The translations under genes and the position numbers were made by a program. A model generated the notes under the pieces. It saw nothing but the letters and a program-made list of their open reading frames with translations. It was not told where the DNA came from and made no database searches. 64,000 nt of DNA from an uncultured Gemmataceae bacterium (GTDB lineage Bacteria > Planctomycetota > Planctomycetia > Gemmatales > Gemmataceae). The DNA is taken from assembly GCA_963750165.1 (NCBI GenBank), contig CAVVPN010000012.1, positions 1,184,001 to 1,248,000 on the forward strand. The letters run 5' to 3'. Each line of letters opens with the position of its first letter. Position 1 is the first letter of the stretch. Of this stretch, positions 11,348 through 20,973 are shown piece by piece.

Positions 11348-11412
11348 GCGAGGTGGCCCGGTTTCCTTTTGCAGACGCCAAACCCGGTCCACCCGGAAGT
11401 AGCTAAGCGCTA

Positions 11413-11498
11413 GACGGAGACGGCGAGCGACGCGGCGTCAGCCCGCCGGTGCTTCGCAGGACCGGCGGGCTGACGCCGCGTCGCTCGCCGTCTCCGTC
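11413..11498. repeat. REP-like perfect inverted repeat (38-bp arms, 10-nt loop)
   Basis: 11413-11450 is the exact reverse complement of 11461-11498. Confidence 0.93.
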
Positions 11499-11568
11499 AA
11501 CCTGAGAGGTTTTCTCCGGAGCAACCCTGACCCCGTTTCCTCTCCGCCACGCCAGGGAAGCCCCCGGA

Positions 11569-12132
11569 TCACTTCTTCAACCCGGCGGCCGCCTTGAGCA
11601 GTTCCGCAGTCGTGTGCCGCCGGGCGTAGCCGTCCACGAACAGTTTGGCGCGGAGGACGCCGGCGCGGTCCACGACCAGCGTCCCCGGGTAGGGGACGCC
11701 CGCGGCCTTGCCCTTCGCCTCCTTGTTGAGCAGCTCATAGGCCCGGATCACCTTGCTGTCGGGGTCCGACAGCAGCGGGAACGTGATCTTCTTCCGGGCG
11801 GCGAAGGCGGCCAGCTCCGCGACGGAGTCGTAGCTGACGCCGACCACCTGCACGCCGGCGTCCGCGAACTGTTTGAGGTCCTTTTGCAACTGAACCAGTT
11901 GCACCTGGCAGAACGGTCACCAGTTGGCCGAGCGGTAGAACACCAGCGCGACGTTGCCCTGCTTGAGCAGGTCCGCCAGCGATCGGTCCTTGCCGGCCTG
12001 GTCCTTGAGCGTGAAGGCCGGGGCCTTCGCGCCGACTTTCAGGCCGGTCTTGTCGGCCGGCGGTTGGCCCGCCCCCGCCGCGACGGCCAGCCCGGCCAGC
12101 AGGCCGAGCCCGAGTCCCACGGTCCGTGTCAT
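11569..12132 (-). CDS. Exported AhpC/TSA-family redoxin, probable selenoprotein (in-frame TGA at 11917-11919)
   Basis: Two ORF-track fragments are in the same frame and join as FYRSANW*PFCQVQL; signal-peptide-like N-terminus; APAFTLKDQ, FPLLSDP, YPGTLVVD. Confidence 0.85.
11885..11903 (-). promoter_or_regulatory. Candidate bacterial SECIS hairpin
   Basis: On the minus strand TGCAACTG-GTT-CAGTTGCA starts 13 nt after the in-frame TGA, with G at the start of the loop. Confidence 0.7.
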
Positions 12133-12269
12133 TGGTTTGCCCTCCGAAGGATGTGCCCCGGGCGGCGGTGTTCCGGGACCGCGCCGCCCCTGATCTGATT
12201 AAATGAAATGCAGCGGGGCAAGCCAACGACCTGGTTCGGTGCTGGGATTCCTGGCCGGGCGCTAAACCG

Positions 12270-12617
12270 TCACGACCCGGCCGCGGCGTCATGGCGGTAG
12301 ACGAGCACGCGCACCTTCTCCAGCGTCACCAGGCCCTCGCCGATCAGGCCGTCCAGCTCTGGCAGAAAAGCCGCGATCTTGTCCGGCGCATCGACAATCT
12401 CCACGACCATCGGCAAATCCTCCGACAGCCGCAAAATCTTCGCGGTGTGGATGCGGCTGTTGGCGCCGAAGCCGAGTACGCCACGCAGCACCGTCGCCCC
12501 GGCCAGGCCGCGCCGCCGCGCCTCCTCGACCAGCACCGCGTACAGCGGCCGGCCGTGGTGCTTGTCGTTCTCGCCGATGAAAATCCGCAGCAGTTCCGCC
12601 TCCGCCGGCAGTTTCAT
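12270..12617 (-). CDS. DUF190 (PII-like) protein, typical crcB partner
   Basis: LLRIFIGEND, GLAGATVLRGVLGFG, LSEDLPMVVEIVD; directly downstream of crcB. Confidence 0.9.
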   Translation of the reverse strand: MKLPAEAELLRIFIGENDKHHGRPLYAVLVEEARRRGLAGATVLRGVLGFGANSRIHTAKILRLSEDLPMVVEIVDAPDKIAAFLPELDGLIGEGLVTLEKVRVLVYRHDAAAGS

Positions 12618-12630
12618 AGCCTGACCCTCC

Positions 12631-13005
12631 TCACAGCAGACGACCCAGGAAAAACCCCGCGAACATGCACGCCAACCCGAGGCCCAGCTCCGCCCCGAGG
12701 TTGGCCGCGGCCAGCAGCCACTGCGTCCCGCGCAGCTGCTCGGCCGTCTCGAACGCGAACGTGGAGAACGTGGTGTATGCGCCGATGAACCCGGTCAGGA
12801 TGATGACGCGCGTCTCGCCGCTGATGAGGAAGCGCTCCTCCGCCAGCGTCCAGACGAAGCCGAACAGCAGACAGCCCGAGGCATTGATGACGAGGGTGCC
12901 CCAGGGGAAGTCCGCCCCGCACAGGCGCTGCACGACGCCGCCGAGCCAGTAGCGGGCCAGCGTCCCGGCGGTGCCGGCCAGCGCGAGCAGGATGACCTTC
13001 TTCAC
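12631..13005 (-). CDS. crcB: Fluoride efflux channel CrcB/Fluc
   Basis: GTLARY, FPWGTLVIN, TGFIGAYTTFSTF; GGAGG RBS before the GTG at 13005. Confidence 0.95.
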   Translation of the reverse strand: MKKVILLALAGTAGTLARYWLGGVVQRLCGADFPWGTLVINASGCLLFGFVWTLAEERFLISGETRVIILTGFIGAYTTFSTFAFETAEQLRGTQWLLAAANLGAELGLGLACMFAGFFLGRLL

Positions 13006-13305
13006 TACGGGTTGCCTCCCTCGAACGAGAACGCGCGGCCGGCGCGGTTGTTGTACGTTGACCCCGAACACGGGGCAGAGGTATTTTCACAATGGCTGCA
13101 CTGGATCGAACCACACCCACAGGCAAGGCCAATGATGACCGGTCTCGAATTGCCCCCGTCGCGGTGCCTTTGGAAGCGTCGTTGGACGCCCCCGGCCGTC
13201 CTGGCTAAATTGTTTCGAGAGGCGTCGGGCCGTCCGCCGTCGCTCGCCGTCGGAAATGCGTCCCCTTTCTCGGAGCCCATCCATGAACAAGGTACAAGCG
13301 CCCTG

Positions 13306-14238
13306 ATGTTGGCGGTGATGGTCCTCGGGATCATCGCGTGCGGTGGCACGATCACCACCGGCCCCGGCCCGAACAACCCGAACAACCCGAACGACGGGGG
13401 GCCCAAACAGGTCGCCCTCGACCCCGCCGAGAAGGCGGCCGCGGACCTGCTCAAGGCGCACGGCGGCTTCGCCACCCAGGAAGGCAGCCACGTCATCGGC
13501 GTCACCGTGTTCCAGAAGAGCTTTACCGACGACCACCTCAAGCAACTCGCCCCGCTCACCAGGGTCCGGAAGATGGGCCTGACCCAGACCGGCATCACCG
13601 GCACCGGCTTCGCGGCCCTCACCGGGCTCACCGAACTCACCGAACTCAGCGTCGGCCAGGGGCCGCTCAGCGACGCCGGCATGAAGGAGATCGGCCGCTT
13701 CAAGCAGCTCAAGGTTCTGTCGATGAACCACAACCAGGTCACTGACGCCGGCTTCCGCGAGCTGGCCGGCATGACCCGGCTCGAAAAACTGGGCGCCCAG
13801 GGGACGAAGATCAGCAACACCGGCGTCGTCTTCATCGCCGACAACCTCAAGCAACTCCGCGAACTCGACGTCGGCAACAGTTCCATCGACGACACCGCCG
13901 CCGTCGCCATCGCCACCATGCCCAACCTCAAGGTGCTGACCATCTACGGCACCAGCGTCGGCGACAAGGGACTGGCAGCCCTCGCCGCCAGCCCGACGCT
14001 GGAGGAACTCCTGCTGAACCGCAGCAACCGCCTGACGGAGAAAAGCACCGCCATCCTCGCCAACAGCAAGAGCCTGCGCAAAATCGCTCTCTGGAGTACC
14101 TACCTCACCGACCAGAGCCTGGCGCCCCTGGGGAACATGCCGCAACTCACGGAACTCGACCTCCACGGCAGCGATAAAATTTCCTCCGAAGCCAAGATGA
14201 AGTTCATCAAGGCGCACCCGAACGTCAGTGTCAAGTAG
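13306..14238 (+). CDS. Leucine-rich repeat protein, probable lipoprotein
   Basis: Lipobox-like VLGIIAC, a PNN linker and about nine LRRs; the true start may be the ATG at 13283 with a 1-nt slip. Confidence 0.8.
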   Translation: MLAVMVLGIIACGGTITTGPGPNNPNNPNDGGPKQVALDPAEKAAADLLKAHGGFATQEGSHVIGVTVFQKSFTDDHLKQLAPLTRVRKMGLTQTGITGTGFAALTGLTELTELSVGQGPLSDAGMKEIGRFKQLKVLSMNHNQVTDAGFRELAGMTRLEKLGAQGTKISNTGVVFIADNLKQLRELDVGNSSIDDTAAVAIATMPNLKVLTIYGTSVGDKGLAALAASPTLEELLLNRSNRLTEKSTAILANSKSLRKIALWSTYLTDQSLAPLGNMPQLTELDLHGSDKISSEAKMKFIKAHPNVSVK

Positions 14239-14260
14239 CGACGGCCGCGCAGGGGGCACT

Positions 14261-14388
14261 GAAGAAAGCTCACGCAAAGGCGCAAAGACGCAAAGAGTCG
14301 CAAAAGGGAATTGAAAAAAGACGACTACCGTGTTCTTGTAATTCGGTATTTCCTTGCGCCTCTTGGCGCCTTTGCGTGAGCTTTCTTC
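14261..14388. repeat. REP-like inverted repeat pair (23-bp arms)
   Basis: GAAGAAAGCTCACGCAAAGGCGC at 14261 and its reverse complement ending at 14388. Confidence 0.85.
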
Positions 14389-14408
14389 CTTTTCTTCAGA
14401 GACTGCCG

Positions 14409-15993
14409 ATGGACGAACTGCTCGCCGAGCTGCGCCGCCAGGAAGCCAAAATCAAGGAGGGCGGCGGCAAATCCGCCAGCGACCGCCAGCACGCCAAGGG
14501 CCGCCTCACCGCCCGCGAGCGCATCGCCAACTTGCTCGACCCCGGCACGGACCTGTTCGAACTGGGCCTGTGGGCCGCGTGGGGCATGTACCAGGACTGG
14601 GGCGGCGCACCGGCGGCGGGCGTCGTCACCGGCGTCGGCAGTGTCGGCGGCCGCCGCGTCATGGTCATCGCCAACGACGCCACCGTGAAAGCCGGCGCCT
14701 TCTTCCCCATGACCGCCAAGAAGGTGCTCCGCGCCCAGCGCATCGCCCTGGACAACCGCCTGCCGCTCGTCTACCTCGTCGATTCCGCCGGCGTCTTCCT
14801 GCCGCTGCAGGACGAGGTGTTCCCCGATGAGGACGACTTCGGCCGCATCTTCCGCAACAACGCGGTGCTCTCCGCCGCGGGCGTGCCGCAGTTCGCGGCC
14901 ATCCTCGGCAACTGCGTCGCCGGCGGCGGCTACCTGCCGGTGCTGTGCGACCAGCTGCTCATGACCGAGGGCAGCGGCCTGTACCTCGCCGGGCCGGCGC
15001 TGGTCAAGCGCCGCCATCGGTCAGAGCGTCGAGAGTGAGGAACTGGGCGGCGCCAAGATGCACAGCAGCATCAGCGGCACCGTCGATTACCGCGAGCCGG
15101 ACGACCCCGCCTGCCTGACGCGCCTGCGCCGCCTGGTCGAATTGCTGGCCGCCGACGTGCCGCGCGTCGCTTTCGACATCCCGACCGCCCGGCCAGCCGC
15201 GGACCTGCTGCACTACTGCGACCGCGCCGGTCGTCAGGAGTACGATGTGCGCGACGTGCTGGCGTGTCTGCTGGACGCGGCGCCGTTCGACGAGTACAAG
15301 GCCGAATATGGTCAAACGCTGGTGTGCGGCTTCGGCCGGCTGGGCGGCGTGCCGGTCGGCGTCGTGGCCAACCAGCGCCAGCGTTGCAAGCCGGCGGCGG
15401 GGCCGTTGCAGTTCGGCGGCGTCATCTACGTCGATAGCGCCGACAAGGCGGCGCGCTTCATCATGGACTGCAACCAGACACGGGTGCCGCTGCTGTTCCT
15501 GCAGGACGTGAACGGCTTCATGGTCGGCCGCGACTCGGAGCAGGCCGGCATCATCCGCGCCGGCGCCAAGCTGGTGAACGTCATCGCCAACAGCGTGGTG
15601 CCCAAGATCACACTGATCCTGGGCGGCTCGTTCGGCGCCGGCAACTACGCTCTGTGTGGCAAGGCGTTCGACCCGCGTTTCATCCTGGCGTGGCCCACGG
15701 CGAAGTACGCGGTCATGGGTGCGGACCAGGCGGCGGGCACGCTGCTGGACATCACCGTCAGCGCGCTGAAGCGCGGCGGCCACGAGCCGGACGCGGCGGA
15801 GTTGCAGGAGCTGCGCGACAGGGTGACGGCGGCGTACCAGGAGCAGACGGACGTGCGCTACGCGGCGGCGCGGTTGTGGGTCGATGGCGTCGTGGAGCCA
15901 ACCGCCACGCGGCCGGCGCTGCTGACGGCGCTGGCGGTGGCGCTGCGGTACGATGAGGGCCGGCCGTTTCGGACGGGCGTGCTGCAAGTGTAG
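14409..15993 (+). CDS. Acyl-CoA carboxylase carboxyltransferase (beta) subunit, MCC/PCC family (frameshift near 15010)
   Basis: GRLTARERI, ANDATVKAG, LVDSAG, GNCVAGGGY; removing one base restores LVKAAIGQSVESEELGGAKMH; QDVNGFMVG, GSFGAGNYALCG. Confidence 0.92.
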
Positions 15994-16164
15994 CCTCCCG
16001 CCCGGTATCGACAGCGCTTCCCTGATGATTGCCCCTTGACAGGGATTGGACGACAGCCGAACATTCCCTGGTGGCCTTGATCGTCGGCTTTCCGCAGCGC
16101 TAACTCAGTAAGTTACCTCCTTTCTCCGTTGACAGAGTTACCCATGCGCCACCTGATGTTCGTT

Positions 16165-16908
16165 TCACACCTGGGCTGCGGAAGCCGTGCCGGCCGTGAG
16201 GCCGATCTGTTGGGCCGGGAGATGCGCTTGTGCTTCGGGGCTCCCAAGGATGGCCGCCTCCACTTGGGTGTCCGTCATGTCCCCAGACGTCAGATGCTGT
16301 ACCCACAAGGTCACTCCCTTTTCCTCCGGGGAAGGGGCACGGCCCAGGTAGAGGCGATACCACAGCGTCACCCGTTCGAGCGGGGTCATGGAAGCCATAC
16401 CGACTGTGTTGCCGTTCCGTGGGGCCGGGAGAAGCGCTTGTGCTTCCTGGACCTGCACGTCGCGGAAGTGCAATTTCACTTCCCATCCGTTGCTGAGCAG
16501 AATCGACCAGGACCAGATAGGCGGTTCGCCGGGGATCAGTTCCAGTTCATCATACTGCCATTCCACCACGCTGCCTGTGGAACGAAACTGCAGGGGCAAG
16601 TCGGTCGGGTTGATTTTGGGTTCGTTCACCAGGTCGAAGGTAAGCGTCACCAAAGGTTGCGGCGGCGAATCCAGCTGTAACACGATGACAAAGGAATGCC
16701 CCTGTTTGCCCAGGCCCCGAACCTTGGCGTCATGGAGTTGATAACTTTCTTCAATGTGCCTCAAACCCGAGGGCATTTTCCCCTTAATCGAGTCAAAGTA
16801 ATGGCCATAACTATCGCAGGCGCAGTCCCATTCCTCCTGGGCGGCGTTGGCAATGGCATCGTCTTTGGAGCCGAAGCGGACGAGCAGGTCAGGCGTAAAG
16901 TATTTCAT
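16165..16908 (-). CDS. Hypothetical protein (MKYFT...) with a short C-terminal DUF4214-like helical segment
   Basis: Clean 247-aa ORF with AT-richer codons; LHDAKV and WQYDELE motifs; WYRLYLGRAPSPEE...ILGSPEA segment. Confidence 0.7.
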   Translation of the reverse strand: MKYFTPDLLVRFGSKDDAIANAAQEEWDCACDSYGHYFDSIKGKMPSGLRHIEESYQLHDAKVRGLGKQGHSFVIVLQLDSPPQPLVTLTFDLVNEPKINPTDLPLQFRSTGSVVEWQYDELELIPGEPPIWSWSILLSNGWEVKLHFRDVQVQEAQALLPAPRNGNTVGMASMTPLERVTLWYRLYLGRAPSPEEKGVTLWVQHLTSGDMTDTQVEAAILGSPEAQAHLPAQQIGLTAGTASAAQV

Positions 16909-17285
16909 TTTTTCTTCCTCGCCTTGCGCTTGTCGGTTTCGTAAAAGGTGTGCCCGTCCGGTTCCCGCGACTCCTGGTGGTAGTGCGGTAAAGCGTGCGG
17001 CCCGGCGCGCCGCTCGGGCGGCTGCGGCGGTGTGCGCGGCCCGACGGCGGCTTCAATTTGGCCAGCAAGTCGCCGATTCGCGGCCAGATCCTCCCCGCAA
17101 ACCACAACATCTTCGGCAACAATCCGCCGCGCCACCGCGTCCTTGAAGCTGAGTTCCTGGCCCCGCTCCACAAGGCCGGAAGGGCCGGAGACTCTTTCCG
17201 CCGCGTGGATTGTTGGCGAGGGCGTCTTCGGTTGCTCCTGAGACGGCGCTGCTTCGGGGGGCGCTTCGTTTGGCTCGGCAGCCAT
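16905..17285 (-). CDS. Hypothetical protein with PHYH...GHTFY motif
   Basis: GAGG RBS and ATG; stop overlaps the start of the next gene (ATGA). Confidence 0.65.
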   Translation of the reverse strand: MAAEPNEAPPEAAPSQEQPKTPSPTIHAAERVSGPSGLVERGQELSFKDAVARRIVAEDVVVCGEDLAANRRLAGQIEAAVGPRTPPQPPERRAGPHALPHYHQESREPDGHTFYETDKRKARKKK

Positions 17286-17289
17286 TGGT

Positions 17290-17507
17290 TCATCTTACCT
17301 CATCCCTGATGGTTCCCATGATCCCGCGCTGCCGCCGCAGTTCCTCCATGCGCCGCTTGATCTCCGCCTGGTAGCCACGCTCCAACGGCTCATAATACCG
17401 CACGGGACGCTCCGCCGTGGACCGCACGCCCACCTCCAGCGCCGTCAGCGCCCGCCGTGCGTCGCCGTCGCTCAACTGCGCCAGCACGTCCAGCGCCTCC
17501 TCCGTTT
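17290..17507 (-). pseudogene. rarA: Internally deleted remnant of replication-associated recombination protein RarA/MgsA
   Basis: EEALDVLAQLSDGDARRALTALE (AAA+ lid region) joined directly to YYEPLERGYQAEIKRRMEE (C-terminal motif). Confidence 0.7.
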
Positions 17508-17648
17508 CGCAAGGAGGACGGATTCTCGATGATTATCTTACCTGATCCGGCATTCCCTGGGCACTCCTGAAAGCGATTGATTCCCGACACCCAACCGTCT
17601 CGGGAGTGCAACGAAAAAAACCGCAAGGATCAAAGGCCGATTCCTTGC

Positions 17649-17678
17649 TTGACGAGGCGAGAATGTCGCGCCTACACT
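17649..17678 (+). promoter_or_regulatory. Putative sigma70 promoter of the radical SAM operon
   Basis: TTGACG-N18-TACACT. Confidence 0.5.
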
Positions 17679-17748
17679 CCCTTATGTATCGTGACTGTCC
17701 GTTCTGCGGAAGCGGTTGAACAACGACCCCGGCGCTTGAGGATCTTCC

Positions 17749-18455
17749 ATGGCGAGCGACCACGACCTGAATTCGCTGTCGCGCTTCCGCAAACAGTCCG
17801 GGCGGTTGGTCCTGGAAGAGCACAGCCACTGCGAGATACCGGCCGGCTGCGGCGGCGTTGTGCTGCGCTGGCGCAACCCATTCGCCGCTGTGCCGCTCCG
17901 GCTCCACCTCTACGCGCCAGTCCCCGCCGCCTGCTTCCTCGACGGGGCCGAGGTGCAAAACGGTCGCGTGGACCTCGCTCTCGGACGGCACGCCGTCGCC
18001 CTTGCCCTGGAGGACACGGACCTGTCCGGCGGCCTGATCCTGTTTGCGGCCGTCCACCCCGAGACGCGCTCGGAGCGCAATCCGCCGGCCCTGGTGACCG
18101 ACGCCCCGCTGCGGGTGCTGACGGCCGACGACGGCACCTGGAAATGTACCCTCCAGCGGCCGGAAACCGACGAGTGGAAGACGCCCACCTTCGACGACCG
18201 CGACTGGGTCGTCCTGACGGGGGCGCCGAAGCCGCGGCTCGCCTCCGGCGCCCGGGCGCCTACCAGTGCGACGAGTGTGTCCGCCTGGGGGCCGTCTGCC
18301 TCCGACTACCGGCACCGGCTCCCGCGGCGGAACGGGGCTCGTTGTGGCAGCTGCTGGGGTTGTGGCGAGGCCCGCAGGCGCCCCCGGTGATGGGCAGCGT
18401 CTGGATCCGCAAAGTCTTTGACATCCCACCGCCCCAAACCCGTGCGTCGTCGTGA
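17749..18455 (+). CDS. Hypothetical protein with EEHSHCEIPAGCGG motif (frameshift near 18250)
   Basis: ORF 17749-18390 loses coding character near 18250; the alternative frame gives YQCDECVRLGAVCL...GSVWIRKVFDIP ending at 18455. Confidence 0.75.
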
Positions 18456-18492
18456 CGCACGGCTGGGGGCGGATCGACCCAGGACGACCCGC

Positions 18493-19838
18493 ATGACCAC
18501 CTCGCGTAACCCGCTGACCCTGGTCCCGCAGTATTTCGGCTGCCTTGTCTTCGACCGGCGCACGTCGCGCTACCTGCCGTTCGACCACGAGGCGACTGCC
18601 CTGCTGCGCGCGCTCCACGGCCGGCCGATTGACGCCGTCCTCGCCGATTACCCCGGCGAAGACGAGCGCGCCGCGGTCGAACGGTTCTTCGCCTGTTTTT
18701 ACGAGCGCGGCTTCTTTCGCCTGGACGGACGGTTGGCGGCGGACCTCCTCGACGTGGACGTGCCCGCGGACCACCTGGTCGGGCCGCTGGCGGTCCACCT
18801 GGAGGTCGTGGGCGCCTGCAACCTGACCTGCACCCACTGCTTCGCGGGCACGCTGCCGCGCAACCACCAGCCGCTGACCGTCGCCGAGATGGACCGCCTG
18901 TTCGGCGAGCTGGCCCGGCTCGGGTCGTTTCGGCTGGGCCTCACCGGCGGCGAACCGCTGCTGCGCAAGGACCTGGGCGACATCCTCGACGCGGCCACCG
19001 GGCACGGCCTGCACCCCTGCTTGACGACGAACGGCCTGCTGCTCACCGAGGAGATCGCCCGCCAGCTGGGCCGTCGCGACCTCGTCTGGATCAACGTGAG
19101 CCTCGAAGGCCCGGACGCCGAGACGAACGACGCCGTCCGCGGGCCGGGGACGTTCGCGGCCGTGCTGGAGAACCTGAAAGTCCTCCGCCGGCACGCGCGC
19201 TTCACCCTGGCCTTCACGGTCCTGCGCACGAACGCCCACCTCGTCAACCGCTGCGCCGAACTGGCCTATCGCGTCGGCGCCCACACCGCCGTGTTCCGGC
19301 CGCTCTACCCGGCCGGCGTCGCTCTCGAACACCTCGACCTGATGCCGAGTTTCAGCCAGTACAGCCACGCCCTGCACGAACTGGCGGACATGGCGAGCCC
19401 GGGGGCGGACCTGCGCGGCCTCGATCCGTTCGGCCCGGACAGCCGGGCCGCCACGCAGCCGCGCATCCACACCAGCCACACTTGCGGGGCGGGCCAGCAC
19501 GTCTGTTCCGTCTCAGTGCAGGGCGAGGTCAGCCCGTGCAGTTTCCTCGGCCCCGCCTTCCATACCGGCAACGTCCGCGCCACGCCCTTCGCGGTCCTCT
19601 GGCGCACTGGCCAGCAGTTCCGGCGGCTGCGCGAACCGTCGGCGGGCGGCTTCTCGGGCGGCTGCCGGGCGCGGCGCAGGCGCTCGCGGGCTCCGCGGAC
19701 GCGCCCGACCCGTGGTTCGAGGAGTATCTGGCCGGCGCCGCGCCGCACCCCGGGGCCAACGTCGAGGCGGCGGCCGCCTTCCCGCGGGCGCTGCCGGTTC
19801 GGTCCGCCGCGCCGGAGGAGGCGAGCCATGCTCCCTGA
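18493..19838 (+). CDS. Radical SAM enzyme with N-terminal RRE/PqqD-like region and SPASM/Twitch domain (frameshift near 19675)
   Basis: CNLTCTHC, TGGEPL, TTNG, CGAGQHVCSVSVQGEVSPC, GGCRA; C-terminus AQALAGSADAPDPW lies in a shifted frame. Confidence 0.9.
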
Positions 19839-20957
19839 GAAGTACCGCTGGATCGGCGTGCAGTTCGAGCCGGGAGAGGGCGACCCCGACCTGTTGCTGG
19901 CGGTCGCCGAGGAGCTGGAGGACGAGGGCAACCGGGCGGGGGCCGCGCAGGTGCTCGACCGGGCGTTTGGCATCGCCCCGGCGCACGAGGCGGTGCGACG
20001 GGCGCGGCGCGCGTCCTGGACAGCCTGGCGGTGGTCGAGCACGGCCTGACATTCCGCTACATCCCGGGCGGCGTGTTCCTGATGGGCTGCGACACACGCG
20101 AGCAAGATGAGCGCCCCTGGCACCCGGTATGGCTGGCGCCGTACTGGATGTCGGAGACGCCGGTCAGCTGGGAGGCGTACTGCCGGCTCATGGGCTGGGA
20201 GGCGCCGCCGGGCGGTTATCCGCGGGACCGTGAGCCGGCGCCGGGTGATTTCGACCGCCCGCTCTTTCATCTGTACAACGCGAACAAAATTCGCCTGCAA
20301 TACTGCGAGGACCGTACAACGCAGGCCGGCGACTGGCACGCCCACGCCCCGGGGCAGATGTGGCAGACGGGCGGCCAGACCCAGTCCGCTCAGGAGTTGT
20401 TCGGCACGCCGCCGCGCGACGAGCCCGACGCACCGTGGCGGTACGACACCAAGCCGATGATTGCGGTCGCCTGGCAGGATGTCGAGGACCTGGCCGCCCG
20501 CCTGTCCACCGACCGGGTGCGCTACGGCTGTCCGACCGAGGCGCAGTGGGAGAAGGCCGCCCGCGGCGGCCTGATCGGCGCCCGCTACGCCTGGGGCGAC
20601 GAGCCGCCGACCCCCGACTGCTGCGACTTTGACCACTTCGGCGACTTTTCGATCCGCCCGATGACGACCTTTCCGCCCAACGGCTACGGGCTGTACGCGG
20701 TCAACGGCGGTGTCTGGGAGTGGACGCGCGACTGGTACGACCGCGACTACTACCGGCACTCCCCCGAGGAGGACCCGGAGGGGCAGGAGAAGGGGCAGGA
20801 GAAGGTGTTGCGCGGCGGCTCCTGGGCGGACTGTGCCGACGCGGTCACGGTGACCTTCCGCATGTCGCGCGGCTCCCGCAGCTGGACGGAGGGCGAGTGG
20901 AGCGAGCACCTGGCGCCGAACATTGGTTTCCGGCTGTGCCGGACGGTCGTCGGCTGA
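19828..20957 (+). CDS. Formylglycine-generating-enzyme (SUMF1/FGE-sulfatase) fold protein (frameshift near 20010)
   Basis: GGAGG RBS; IPGGVFLMG, PTEAQWEKAARGG, PNGYGLY, GVWEW, VLRGGSW, NIGFR. Confidence 0.88.
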
Positions 20958-20973
20958 CGGGCGTGGCGGGAGG

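Noticed and set aside
13006..13280. Fluoride riboswitch upstream of crcB
   Set aside because: I could not find the GGCGATGG..GTTCGCC..AAAC..TAATGAC-type consensus on the minus strand.
20820..20957. DGR variable region at the C-terminus of the FGE/CLec-fold protein
   Set aside because: There is no template repeat and no reverse transcriptase in the window.
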